Assembly: GCA_951406725.2 (NCBI GenBank)
Contig: OX597823.1
Span: 3,472,001-3,536,000, forward strand
DNA length: 64,000 nucleotides
Source of the DNA: Octopus vulgaris
Taxonomy: Eukaryota
Direction of reading: 5' to 3'
Within the stretch, counting starts at the first letter, position 1. Each line of letters begins with the position of its first letter. The notes under the pieces are model-generated. The model had not been told where the DNA came from, did no database searches, and saw only the letters and a program-made list of their open reading frames with translations. Of this stretch, positions 24,601 through 38,300 are shown one piece after another. A program made the position numbers and the translations under genes.

Positions 24601-27005
24601 CACACTTTGACCCCCTCTCTCACTATTCAATGACACTTCAACTATTCCTCCTGCTGGGATGAGAGTAATAGTAGGCATAGAGATGGTGAGGATGGTAGTA
24701 GACTGACGGTTGTGATGGTAATGGGGGTGATAGTAATAGTATGAACTGTAGTTGTGGTAGAGGTTGAGGCGATGATGGTGGTGGTAGCCAAGGCGGTCAG
24801 GGATGATGGTAATAGTAAGTGATGTGAAAGACAGTGGTGATGGTGGTGGAGGGAAAGGTGACAAAGTCAAAGGTATTGATGATGGTGGTGTCAGAAGTCT
24901 GGTGTATGTATGGCAGTTGTGGTGGTCATGGTTGGAAACAATCAATAGAAAAAGAGAGAAAGAAAGTAAAAGGTTAAAGAGAAAAAAAAATTGTAATGCT
25001 TATCATGCAGCTTTGCAATAAGTTCCAAGTCGACAGATTATATCCTTGTTTTGATGAAAATTGTTGATTGCTTGAAAAATATTGAAGTTTATTAAAATTT
25101 AATATGTACTCAATGCATGAAGTGTCATTGTTGGGTCCAAAGCCCAATGAAGAGCCCTCCACCACAGGAGCCAGCTTAAAAGTCACCCAAATAGGGCAGC
25201 TTTTAAGCTAGTTGTTTATATATCTCTTTATTGCCCACAGGGGGCTAAACATAGTGGGAACAAACAAGAACAATGGGATTAAGTCGATTACATCGACCCT
25301 GGTGTGTAATTGGTACTTATTTAATCAACCCCAAAAGAGTGAAAGGTTAAGTTGACCTCAGTGGAATTTGAACTCAGAACGTAAAGACAGACAAAATACT
25401 GCTAAGCATTTCGCCCGATGTGCTTACGTTTCTGCCAGCTCACCACCTTTAGTTGTTTATATATTGAATTATACATATGGTGGGGGGGGGGGCAAAATCT
25501 TTTAAGCACTTAGGACCTCATGGGTCTTAATCCAGCCCTGAATCTACAAGAATATGGTATAAACCAAACATTATTATATCAAAATGAACATATATCACCA
25601 GCTCACATACTGGTATTCACCTCCATCTTTACCTTTCTAGGTAGTCTAGTGGTGGTCTACCCTTAGGCAGGTCCAATGCATGTAAATCTTCTCCAGCACT
25701 CTCTCAATATGACCTTGGAGGGACCATGTCCTCCTTTGCCTCTCTTAAGCAGACTACTGGACCTACAGCCATCCTAGATTTAGGATGAGTACTGGAATGG
25801 TTTCCTGTTGCTTTCTCCGGGCAGGTGGGATTTGAACTCAGAATAGAGAGAGCTGAAAGATATACTGTAAAACTGTTAATGAGCTAACCACTCTACTGCT
25901 CTCCCACCCACCACAGCAATGAAGTGAAATGAAGTGTTTTGCTTAAAAGCACGGCACAATGCTTAGTTCAGGAATGAAACCCACAATTTAGCAATCGTGA
26001 GAGCAACATCCTAACCACTAGGCCTCAAGCTCTATCCCGATTACTCCCACTTGATCTTATGAAAAGCCAATGTTGTTATGTGTCTCCTCTACAACAAACT
26101 TGTTCCCATCCCTTCCATCGTATTCTCAGTCCTCTAAACCTAGTACAAAGCTATCTCACTCTCTATTATACTCCCAACCAGTGAAGAGGAGTCCTTTTGT
26201 CTTATGAGTTACATAATGGCCTCTCTTGTGCTTGTCCTGTGGAAGAAAGCATCCATCGAGTATATTGTGTGAAGTGGCTGATGTTAGGAATGACATCCAC
26301 TTATAGAAGCCAGGCCAAAAGTGAGACACGAACAAGATGTGGTCTTCAGATTCGTTGCATCCTGCCAAACGCTCCAACCCATGTCCGTACGAAAGACAAA
26401 GATTAAATGATGACACAGTGCATTTCTTCAAACTAACACATTGTAAATAATCAAACAAATATATTGAAATAACACATAATAAACACATGGAGTGGTGAGT
26501 TGTGTTGACGTAGGAGGAGTGACAAAGTCCTATAGATTCTATGGTGTCAGATATTTCTCTTGTGATTGGCTAATGATGTGGTGCTACATTGATCCAACAA
26601 CCTGTGCAACACACACACACACACAGCCATCGTGGGATTTGAACTCAATGTAAAAGAGCTAGAACAAACATTGCAACACACTTCATCCAACACCTCTAGC
26701 GACTGTGCCAATCCACTGCCGAGATTGTGTAACAACTGCTTCTGGTTTAGGCAACGCAAGGCCAGCAATTCTGACGGAGGTGGCAGCGATTTAGTGGATG
26801 CCATCGACCTCAGCACTTGACTAAAATTTTATCGACCCCAAAAGATGAAAGACTAAATTGATTTCGAATGATTTGAACTCAGAACGTAACGAGCCGGAGA
26901 AATACCACAACGCATTTTTGCCGACGCTCTAATCATTTAAGTAACCTACCTTTAACAATAATGTTTGCTTCATTAACCACGAAGAGTTCGCGAAAAACGT
27001 TGTGG

Positions 27006-27061
27006 ACGGTACAGGACAGTACAATGTGGGGTCACGGTACAGGACAGTACAATGTGGGGTT
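27006..27061. repeat. 28-bp tandem duplication
   Basis: ACGGTACAGGACAGTACAATGTGGGGT(C/T) x2. Confidence 0.9.
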
Positions 27062-29679
27062 ACATAAAAGGCATGTTAACAGTGAATAATTCCCCCAAAG
27101 AGGAAGAGTTTCTAAGGCTGCTCACAGAAACCGCACAAAATCACAGAGGCCCTGACCGTTGGGGCAAGTACTCTCTCTACATCGTCTACAATCATTAGGA
27201 CCATTCTTGCTCCATTCACTCTTCTTTCAACAAAATTGCTGGGACACAGCACTTCCCTCTCCTTCACGTGAAATGACAATATCTTATTAATCATAAGGAG
27301 TTACAAAAGGTGAGGTGGTATCGTCAGGACAGTTAATATCATCGGTGTTTATTTTTATTAAAAGTTAGACAAAACGAATGGTCGTATTATATTCATTCAA
27401 TCCCAACACGAAACAAAATACGGTAACGCATTTAGTTCGCTGCTGTTGTGTCTCAATTACCGTCCTTGTTTACGTAACAACAACAACAATAACAACAACA
27501 ACAGCCAGGTGTGACGAAGGAAGAATGAAGGCCAATAACCTAGGCTTTGGCGTAGTTACTGGTTTCTGTGTATGTGGGTGTGTAAAAGAGAGAGGGCTTA
27601 TATGCGTGTCTGTGTGTAAGAGTGCATGCGTGTGATTGTGCGTTTTTTATCTGTGTGTGTGTGTGAGATAGATAGATAGAAAAATAGATAGAAAGATAGA
27701 GATAGATAGATAGATAGAGAGATAGATGGATGGGTGGGATTTGGATGGAGAGAGAGAGAGAGAGAGAGAAGGGTAGAAGGAAGATATATTGCAGGGAGAT
27801 TTGTTACGTCCCACCAAATTCTCTTTAGCCCTAGGTCAGGCGAAAAAACCAGCTGCAACCGAACACCATTTGTCAGTGGACCAGGTGACAGCAACACGGG
27901 AGTTATTTACATTGAGAGATGAAGGGATGGAAGAGGAAACGGAGAGGGAGTGAGGAAGAGTGTGTGTGAGTGGGAATGAAGAAGAAGTGAGAAGGAGAAA
28001 GAGCGAAAGAGTGAGATGGAGAGGGAGGGTAAAAAGACCTCGTGTTTGTGAGAGAGAGAGAGAGAGAAGCGAGAAAGAGTTTGTATGTCAGACAGAGAGA
28101 GAAGGGGGTGAGAAAGACTGAGACAAAGAGAGAGGGGGAAGAGGACAGTGAGAAAGAGTGAGTATGTCTGAGAGAGAAAGAGAGGAGACAAAGCGTGTGT
28201 GTGTGTGTGTGTTTGTTTTAGTTGACAAAGAGAGGGAGAGAGAGATATATATTATACAAGCAACCCAGTTTCTAACATTAGACGGCGATAGAGAGATTTT
28301 TTTTAAAAAAGAATTCTCAACTAACAGAAATCTAGAAAAAGACGAAAGTAAAAGTTGTAATACATACATAAGTAAATAATATTCAAAAACGGCACCACCC
28401 CAAAAACTAGAGAGAGAGAGCAATGCGACGAATATCTGTTGCTGTCACAAGGTCATAAAAATAAGAGAGAAAAGTAGATTGTTTGAAATTTTAATATATC
28501 TGTGATACGGATTTATTTTCTCGATACGGAAGGAGCAAACCGCTACCAAATTTGAACACGGGATTGAAAAAGGTTGAAACAAGTCTGCGAGGTAATTTGC
28601 TGGGAATTTATTTATCAATAAGGAGATAATCCACAATGCTAATACATTAAGAGTTTACGGGGAAAACATATTTGGGACGCCAGCAGCGGACTATAAGCGT
28701 ACGAAAAAAAATAAAGAGTACGCTATACGAAGGAAACACTACGAATTTTGTTACACAGAAATGCGCGAGTGAATATAATATGTTAGTGCGCGCGGGCGTG
28801 CATTATGAATGTGTATGTCCGTTTGTGTTTAATGTTACGTATAAATATATCCTTTTCACGTCTGCTTTCCGTGCTGGCATGGACTGAACGTTTTGACAAG
28901 ATCCAACAAGTTGAAGGACCACGTCTTGTTCCAGTATCTGTTTTTTTACATGGTTTCTACGACTAGATGCACTTCCTAATGACAATCTCTTTTATTTGTA
29001 AAAAGAGGAAATAATCTCAATAATTCTCTGAAATTAACATTTCACTAAGGAAAAGACAGACAGATTGCATGGGTACAAGTTGACAGCAGTGATATATGTT
29101 TCAGCCTCAATAAGTGTCATCAGCACAGCAGTTGTCCGACTTTGACCCCCAGCAGAACTAGTCACTTAGTCATCATCCTTATCATCATCATCATTTAATA
29201 TCCATTTTCCATGCTGGCATGGGTTGGGCAGTTTGACAGGAACTGGCAAGACTGGGGCTACATCAAGCTCCATTGACTGTTTTGGCATGGTGTCTACAGC
29301 TGGATGACCTTCCTATTAGTAAACACTTTACAGAGTGGACTGGGTGCTTTTTACATGGTGCCAGTACCAACAGAGTCACAAAGTACCTTGCAAGACAAAA
29401 ACTCCTCAAGTGGGAGTGGGGAACAGTACTGAGTGGGACAGTTTTGTGTCAGTTGAGAGATTAAAAGTATGGAGGGATATATACACACACAAAGAAAAGG
29501 GACATTTATAGCTTGGGTTATTTACATAAATGAAATGCAAACAACCTAGGAAAAATAACACATAGTAACCATCTATTTCAACAACAAAGATGAATAATGC
29601 TATATTAAATACCAAAATTATCTCTGGGAGAGAGAGACCAATCACAGATTGAGACTACTTAACACAGTCCCTGGTGTTT

Positions 29680-29973
29680 GTTCCTTCTCTAGCCATGGCT
29701 GGCTCATAAGGGTCAGTTTCCTGGTTTCATTGGCATATAGGTTCCCCACCTGGATGGGACGCCAGTCTGTCGTAAGTGAGCTGTTAGATGCAGGAGGAAA
29801 GAGTGAGAGGAAGTTGTGGTGAAAGAGTCAGCAGAAGTTCGCCATTACCTTCTGCCGGAGCCACGGGGAGCTTAGGTGTTTCGCTCATAAACACAGAGAT
29901 CACCCAGTCTGAGATTCGAACCTGTAATCCCTCGACCACAAGTCCGCTGCTCTCACTAGGCCAGGTGCCTCTA
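29680..29973 (-). mobile_element. Distinct tRNA-derived SINE
   Basis: Minus-strand head TGGCCTAGTG...GGTTCGAATC (A/B boxes), body with GACTGGCGTCCCATCCAGG. Confidence 0.7.
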
Positions 29974-30034
29974 CAACACAGTTCCTACATCACTTTAACG
30001 ACATTTTATAACTATCAGGAGAAGGTTTAAACAC

Positions 30035-30330
30035 AAGCATATATCTTGACTTGAGCAAGGTCTTTGACAGAATCAGCCACAACATTCTGATATTAAAACT
30101 GTCAAATGTTGGAGTCTGGAGAAAACTGTTGCACTGTATCACACGTTTCCTGGTATGCAGAGCCCAACATGTTTTGATTGATGAAATCTGCTCAAGCCCA
30201 GCAAAAGTCATCAGTAGTGTACCACAAGGGCCAGTTGGGACCAGTATTCTTTATAGAATACATAAACAATATCAGAAATGTCGTCAGACAACAGAATAAA
30301 AAGTTTCATGGATGATGAAACTTGAGAAAG
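30035..30330 (+). mobile_element. Degraded CR1-like RT fragment
   Basis: YLDLSKVFDRISHNILILKLSNVGV...SSVPQGPVG, followed by an FMDD remnant. Confidence 0.75.
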
Positions 30331-31353
30331 TTACAAAGAGAGAGAATGACCAGTTCCAGTCTGTTTGCCAAACGGTAGGGAAAATATTTTGCTAAATGAA
30401 GCAAAAACTGAACCTGTGCACTTTGGAAAAGAATAAACAACCATATTCTCTTTCCTTGAGACAAAATAGCTCCGGGAATCTAGAGTAGCCACATAACAAC
30501 AAAGTTATATGGCTCACAAGATGAGCTCCTGGATTCTCAGAACTTTCCAATTCAGAGAGCCAGATGTTATCAGCCATTTCATCTTTTCTCTTCCTTTATA
30601 CGGACATACCTAGGATATTGTTACTCTACATATTAAGTATAATATTGTGAGAATTGAGCATTCGAGCGGGATCGTTACCAGCATCGCCTTACTGGCACCT
30701 GTGCCGGTGGCATGTGTAAAAAAATTCGAACGAGGTCGTTGCCAGTACTGCCTGACTGGCCCCCGTACCGGTGGTACGTAAAAGCACCCACTACACTCTC
30801 GGAGTGGTTGGCATTAGGAAAGGTATCCAGCTGTAGAAACTCTGCCAGATCAAGACTGGAGCCTGGTGCAACTCTGGTTCGCGACCCCACAGTCAAAATG
30901 TCCAACCCATGGTAGCATGGAAAGCAGATGTTAAACGCCGATGATGATGAGCCACTGTGAAGGGCAGTAACAAAAGCATTAAATGGTATAATAGGATTTG
31001 ATTACAGGAGCCATTTCAAAATCTCAAACTTTGTTCCTTTCATCACTACCATGAGCACAACATCATCTGCACAATAAAGGGGGGAAAATACCAACTGACA
31101 GTATCAACCAAATGATTTTACCATCAAGTTTAAAAATCACTCAAGCCTTGAACCCAATGTCATGCACCCCACACACAAATCAGACTCACAGCATATAAGC
31201 ACATTGGGACAACTATTTTACCTCAACTTGCTTAATATAAGCTTTAACATTATCCCCAATCAAATCCTTCAAAATGGTACCTGGACAAATTCCTCCACGG
31301 GATACTTGAGAATACTGCTTCACATGGATGTGTTTTAGTCAACAACAATTCAT

Positions 31354-31774
31354 ACCTATTTCTTTACTACCCACAAGAGGCTAAACACAGAAGGGGACAA
31401 ACAAGGACAGACAAACGAATTAAGTCAATTATATCGACCCCAGTGCGTAACTAGTATTTATTTAATCGACCCCAAAAGAATGAAAGGCAAAGTCGACCTT
31501 GGCGGAATTTGAACTCAAAACGTAACGGCAGATGAAATACCTATTTCTTTACTACCCACAAGGGACTAAACACAGAGAGGACAAACAAGGACAGACAAAC
31601 GGATTAAGTCGATTATATCAACCTCAGTGCATAACTGGTACTTATTTAATCGACCCCGAAAGGATGAAAGGCAAAGTCAACCTTGGCAGAATTTGAACTC
31701 AGAACGTAGCGGCAGACGAAATACCACTAAGCATTTCGCCTGATGCGCTAACGAATCTGCCAGCTCACCACCTT
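31354..31774 (-). mobile_element. SINE family B head-to-tail dimer
   Basis: Two ~185-nt bodies joined at GAAATAC|CTATTTCTTTACTACCCAC (~31540), with one complete head. Confidence 0.85.
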
Positions 31775-33320
31775 ACTTGAGTGGGCTATGGTGAAACAAA
31801 ACGTGACCTAATCATGACCCAATGAACTTTCACAGGAGGGTATATTAAGATAGACATTATTTGCACACACACACCATTTTACATCTCTTTTCCATGTTGA
31901 CAAAAGTAAGGCAGTGTTCAACAGGATTCAAGGGCTTGAAAGACAATGTTTTGCTCCAATATCTCATTTTTGGCTTCATTTCAGCAGCTGGATGCCCTTC
32001 CCAACAGAACACCAACCATTTTGTATAGTGTGCTGTGTACATTTTTTCATGGCACCAACCTTATAGAGGTTGCTTTGCCCATCAGCAAGACTAAAGAGCC
32101 TTCTCAAGCTTTGCATTGTCATTGCTTGAACTGATTACCAACAATTTACAGAGAGTACTGAGTGCATCCTGTGGCACTAGCCACAGTTGGGGGTTGCCTT
32201 GCACCTCAGCTTACAAAGTGAAAGAAAGCCCTCATGGTGGACAGGAGAAATATACTACCAGAGGATGGTAATGGAGAGAATAAAAGAAGCAATGGTGTTG
32301 GAGTAATGGAGACAGAGAAGAGGAAGAGGGGAAGATTATTGTCAGGGATTAGTGTGAAGGAGAGAAACAAGGTAGTCATGGCAATGGGGTGAGTTGAGTA
32401 GGTGGACTCAGTGATTGGGTGGGTCAGTCTGTCTCTGATACCAGAATGAGCTGGGTGGTTCACCAGGTTCGAAAACAGTCCTTATTGGAGTTACACAGAT
32501 CTATTGTTGAATGGATGGTAGGGGAGAGACTAGGGCAAGGGGTAACAGAAGGGTAAGGTTAATGAGAGAATGAGAGTCACAGAGTGAAAGAACAGTGGGG
32601 GAGGGTTGAACAGAAGGTGATGAGGTGCTACCTTACATTACATATGGGTGGACAGAGTGATGCGTTGAGGAGAGATATAATGATGATGGTGAGGTCAGGG
32701 CATATCCTCAAGGTCACATGCCCAAGAGACTGTGCTGACAAAGAAATCAGGGACAATGAGTGAAGTTTGCCAGAGTGCAGTCTCTTTCGACTCAAGTATC
32801 ATAATCTGGAATGGAAAGAAAAAATGGTAGCAAAATATAAATGGTGGAAATATGGGGAAGGAAGATATTCAAAATGTACATATCAAGTATATCAGAGGTG
32901 ACATGGTGAGTAGAAGAGATGATTAGGGAGATGAAAGGGCACAGAATAGGCACAGCGGTTGGAGAATGGTGTGTGTAGACTTGAGGGTATAGAGTGAGCA
33001 ATACAAAGAGTGATAGGATGCATGCACCACAAAGCAAGAAGAATTGAGGAGCACAGGCATTACACGGGAGGTCTGGTTTTCTGCAGCATGACAGCAGCAT
33101 TTGACACAGTTTTCCATCATCCCCTTCATCAGATGCAACATCTTGAGGTCATTTTCATTGCTTTATTCTAGATCTTCCTCAGTCCCCTCTTTCATAAGTT
33201 CTGTTCAGTTTCAGTGCCTCCCATTTGCTTACATCACAACCACATCACACACCTGCACCATCACAGTCTCCCCTCTCCCCTCTTATACCCAGTTTGCTTC
33301 TCTCTTCATTTATACTTTGT

Positions 33321-33359
<39 letters not shown>

Positions 33360-33362
<3 letters not shown>

Positions 33363-33625
33363 CATGGCACATTTCATGAAGCATGCTCACCTCATTTCCT
33401 TTTAGCCTCCACATCTCCACTGAAGGCCAACATCTAGTTGCCATGCAGCTGTCCACTCCACACATAAACGTAATACAATCTGCTCTTGACTGAGGGAAAA
33501 GCTCTTTGTTGCAAACAGAACAGCTCCATGAACATTCTCCAACCTGTTGTTATTCTGGCTAGCACACTTTCAGAACTCTCACTGCTAAGTTTGGCCATCT
33601 AGGTAACAAAAGCTAACAAGGGACT
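33360..33625 (-). mobile_element. Degraded RTE LINE fragment
   Basis: Minus strand gives FCYLD..SESVLARITTGWRMFMEL, homologous to the 34.8-kb and 37.1-kb fragments. Confidence 0.55.
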
Positions 33626-34789
33626 CATCTGGGCATTTGAGAGGATTTCTTTCCAATGTGGTCTTAAAAGTTTATTGCCCTAATCCACCTACTGCATATG
33701 ATATTCTGCCTTCTGTATAGGCCAGCCTATGATACCTCTACACCTTTTGTTACCCATTGTTTGACAGGATCTGACAATCCCAGAGACTGTACCAATCTCC
33801 AATGTCTGCTTTGGTTGAAGGTTCTTCCTAACATCAACCATTTTACAGAGTATATTGCTTTGATTTTTTCAGGGCACCAGCACTAGAGAGGTTGCTAAGT
33901 ACTTTGCAATACAAAACAAGCCATGACTGAGTGGGAGTTTAGTAGAGAAGGAGGTGGCTTTATACTCAGTGATAGAGGGGCAGGAAGAGATGTGTTGCAG
34001 TAGAGGGGAGTCATGGCCGCCTCACATTATAGAAGGGTGGCTGAGAGTGTCAGAAAGTTTAGACAAGATGGCAGTGACAAGGAATCAGAAAATAAAGAAG
34101 GATGGATGGGTAAGTTTGTGAAAGTGTGAGAGGAGAGCAAATATAGCTAGAGATGGGGGAGGAGGTGTTTGTAGTGAATGGTTAAGAGCAGAAGTGGTTG
34201 ATGGTAAATAGGAGTTTTTGAAGAAAGCGATAAGAAATAGAAGTGGCTCAGGAAAAAGGAGACATTGGGTGATAAGTAGAGAAATAAAGAGAGGTAAATG
34301 AAGGGTGGGTGGCCTTCAGTAGCAAAATGTGAGAGAATAGAAATGATGTATGGCAGTAATAAGATGTAACTCATGGGAAAGGCAAAGTTCATCAATGTCA
34401 CAGAATGGGTAACTAGTGGAAAATAAAGGGGAAATGGGGTGTGTGAGAAGGGGAAGTGGTTCAAGAAGAGGGATAGCTGGTAGCACAAAAGGGGGAAGAA
34501 ACAAGTAGATCTGCTCTCATAAAATTACATTGACTGAATATTGCCATGATTAGAAGACTGATGGAGGGATGGGAAACAAGGAAGATGAGGGAGTGGAGAA
34601 GGCTTGACAAAGGTAGATTGTGGTGGGACACAGTTGTGTGCGTATATAGATGTAAACAATGCTTCCAGGACAACAATGGCACTGCCTGGTGTGTAGAAAA
34701 GATGATGTTGAAAGCTATGGCCAGAGAAGGTTAAAATAAATGATAAACTTTGTATGTGGCTGATGCACAGGTAGAATAAACATTAAGAA

Positions 34790-35290
34790 ATAGTATAGTT
34801 GCTAGAATAAAAGCAAGGTAAAGAAAGTTCAGAGAGATATTACCTCTGCTGGTAACAAAAGGTCTCTCTCACTCAGAGTGAAAGGCAGATTGTATGATAC
34901 TTGTGTACAAAGAGCAATGCTACATGGTAGAAAGACATGGGCCCTAAATGCAGGGAATAGATGAAGACTAAAACAAAAGAAAGTGAGAATGCTCTTTTGG
35001 ATATAAAATGTCAGTGTGCATGTATGACAAAATACAAATATGTTGAGAGAATAATTAGGCATAAGAGGAATGAGAGGGAAGACTGCACTGGTATGGTCAT
35101 GTAATGCGTATAGACAAGGGCAGCTGTATAAAGAAGTGCAAAGCACTAAATTTGGCTGGAACCTGTTGAAGAGGGAAACCCAGGGAAACATGAGACAAAG
35201 TACTGAAATCCAATTTCAGGATGTAGAACCTCACAGAGGAGTTGACAAAGGACAATGATGGCTGGCAATTGGCTGTGCTCCAGAATACCT
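34790..35290 (+). mobile_element. Degraded RTE LINE C-terminal fragment
   Basis: ARI..RKFREILPLLVTKGLS.RVKGRLYDTCV..MLHG.KTWA and RLHWYGHVMR remnants. Confidence 0.75.
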
Positions 35291-36249
35291 GAACGGGACA
35301 GCAAAACTGAAATCCTAAAAGGATTATCACATACATATGAAGTGCCAACTAGATATCTCTCATCTCCACTATCTATCTCCTTGGAGATACCACTAATTCA
35401 TTTTTACTATCATAAATGTGAGCAACCATGTAGCTCTTCTACAAGAACCTCCTTTACTCCAACCTCATCCCTCATACCTTAACACTCATCTAACATAAAG
35501 ACATAGTCTCCCACTCTATTTCCTCAGATTTGTAGACTTGTGAGCAACATAGTGACCTCAACACAGCTGGTGGCAGGAAAAAAAGCACCCAGTGCACTCT
35601 GTAAAGTGACTGATGTTAGGAAGGACACCCAGCCATAGAAACCACACCATGGCAGACACTGGAGCAAGATGCAGTCCTTGAACTCATCAGATCTTTGTCC
35701 AACCCATGTCCAGCATGAAACATGAAAGTTATATGGTCGTGATAATACACGTTTTATATTCTTCTATACGCTGGATATACAGATTTTACAAAGTGGGGAT
35801 AGACACAACTGTCTTTACATGATGTACTTCAAATTACTCCACTAAACATGATACTCCAATTAAATACAAACTCTCAACAACTTCCTAAGACTACCACAAA
35901 CTCTCAATGGCTCCTACAACCTTTTTTCTCATCCCAACCAAAATGCTACTTTATATAAGAGTTCGGCTAGTCCATTCTTCCAATCCCACAGAGGTGTCAA
36001 TGACTATCACAACATGATACATCTATATACATATATATATATATATATATGTACATGATTATCAACCTAAGTGTGTGTGCATGTGTGAGGTTTGCAATGT
36101 TCTCCAGTGTGAAGTTGAGAGGTATGAAGGGTTCCAGAGTGTGAGGCAGCATATCGGAGAGAATCCAAACATTGTGGCTGAGAAGGGTCTATGAATGAAC
36201 AATGGTAACTTGCACTTAATGATTCTAAAAATAAAGAGGCTTGGAAGTG

Positions 36250-37460
36250 CTACTATGAAAGACTATTAAAAAGTGGAGAATGCATGGGAAAAGAGAGTTT
36301 TCCTAATGAAGATGCAACAGAAGGACCAGCCATTCGGGTAGACAGCAGTGTGGTAAAGAAATTAAGGATATCGATGCAAGGAAAGCCCCTGGACCATTAG
36401 GAATTACTGCTGAGTTGTAAATGAGATGAGGTGTAGTTTGGTTTTAAACCAGGAAGAAGTATTACTGATGCCTTTCTCCCGTAGAAGTATTTAGCTAAAA
36501 GCAGCTGTACTTAGCACTTGCCAACCTGTAGAAAGTCTTCAACAGGTGACTTTTGAGAGCCATTTACAGAGGAACAGTCAATAAGATGAGAGTTAGCGAC
36601 AAATACTGCATCATATTTGGTGTGCATGTAGGGGGGGGGTTCATCAAGGTTCAGTTCTCAGTCCTCTTCTACTCATCGTAACCTTTCAGGCTTTAATAGA
36701 GGAGTTTGACACCGAATCCCCATGAGAACTCCAATATGCTCATAACCTTATTCTTATTGATGAATCTATAGAAAAATTAGAAAAAAGAAATTTCAGGTGT
36801 GAAAGGAAAACCTGGAGCCAAAAGATCTTAAAGTTAATTTAGCAAAGACCAAAGCTTTAGGAAGTAGAAAAACAGACAACGCAATTCCATCAGGGAAATG
36901 GCTTTTCTCAATATGTAGGAAAGAAATAAAAATTCCATACAGTGTACCTAGTAAAAGACAAAAGGTGCAGAGGAATTACATGAAAGTAGACTTAGTATGT
37001 GGTATAAATGCAGGTATAATAAGCACTAAGAGTGCATCAGGAGGATTTTCTCATATGTCCAGGAGGATCCCCAGAGATAGATAAATTCTGTTGCCGAGAT
37101 GATCAAATTCCCAATGGAGGAGGACAGTCTGAAAGTAGAGTTATTGACTAAAAATAGTATGGAGAAAGTTCAGAGAACTTTTACCACTGTTGGTAATAAA
37201 AGGTTTGTCTCTTAAGAGCGAAAGGCTGACAGTATGATGGTTGTGTGCTAAGTGCAATGCTATGTGGTAATGAGATAGGAGGCTCTGAAGCAGAGGTTTT
37301 GTAAAGACCAAAAAGAAAGGAAGCATGCACGATCCGCTGGATGTATAATGCTAGTGTACATGAATAAAGGAGCAGAGATGTGCTGAGACATATAAAATGG
37401 GCATAAAAGGCATCAGATGTGGAGTGCACTGGTATGGCCATATGCCTGGATGAGGGCACC
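36250..37460 (+). mobile_element. Old degraded RTE LINE (RT and C-terminal region)
   Basis: Remnant motifs GVHQGSVLSPLLLI..QAL.EEF, a YADD-like TATGCTCATAAC, LKVNLAKTK, WRKFRELLPLLVIKGLSL, MIRWMYN-like and LHWYGH-like segments, with many stops and indels. Confidence 0.75.
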
Positions 37461-37909
37461 ACTTAATGTGGAAGGAAGATTCAGATGATAGGTGATACAT
37501 GGCACTCAAAAAGAGCCACTCATTACCATGAAATTGAAGTTCCAGAAATGTATGTGCATGCTCACAACTGGCCCCATTCCCAATTTATTTCTCTGAAGCC
37601 TTCCCCACTGCTTCATTTCCCCTCAAACGACATCCATCCTTCATTAACATTGTCTCTTCCTACTCATATTTCTACCCTTTCTGTTCTACCAGTTATCTCT
37701 CCATTTCCTCTCAACTTCTTATTGACACCTATATCTAATATCTACTACTGCTGCCCCCCACCACCACCACACTTTCACCCCTATGTACACCTGACCACCC
37801 CCACCTTTATCATCACTACATCTCTCACTCTCCCCCACTGCTTTTGTAATCTTTACCCACCCACTCCCGTCTCTCACACTTTCCCTATCTATTGTATTCT
37901 TCTGCTTTT

Positions 37910-38092
37910 AAATCCGTGGAACAAGCTGCCAGATGAGGTGAAGATGCCGACGACCGCTTTGTTCAAAGCCTCCCTGGACCTCAAGTGGCCTGAACTCTTT
38001 ACATGAACACCACCCTGTACTTAACTCCATGTCCCCCTACATGGCCTTGCTATTTGCTTTTGAGCCAAATTAACTAACTAACTAACTAACTA
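37910..38092 (+). mobile_element. CR1-like LINE 3' end with (TAAC)n tail
   Basis: NPWNKLPDEVKMPTTALFKASLDLKWPELFT*, a short UTR, then TAACTAACTAACTAAC. Confidence 0.7.
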
Positions 38093-38097
38093 AATCC

Positions 38098-38300
38098 TTC
38101 TGTATGGTGGAAGGCAACAGCATGCAAAGCAGAAAAAAGTGCTTCAAAGACACACTGAAAACCTCAGTAAAAAGCTTTTTAAGATCAACTCTGACACCTG
38201 GAAAACACAAGCACAAGACCACCCCTACCTGGCGAAGAAGCCCCAACGGAGGTGTCCTCTTACAAGCAGAACAACATAGCAGGAGCACAAAAAGCACATG
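38098..38300 (+). mobile_element. Degraded RTE (BovB-like) ORF end; similar small remnants at ~22700-22815 and ~51285-51375
   Basis: RKKCFKDTLKTSVK here; GCYTRMLRMALNVKWQQHVTNECLYGDL at 22.7 kb; ASGRRSVGHPKLHYRDVC at 51.3 kb. Confidence 0.6.
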
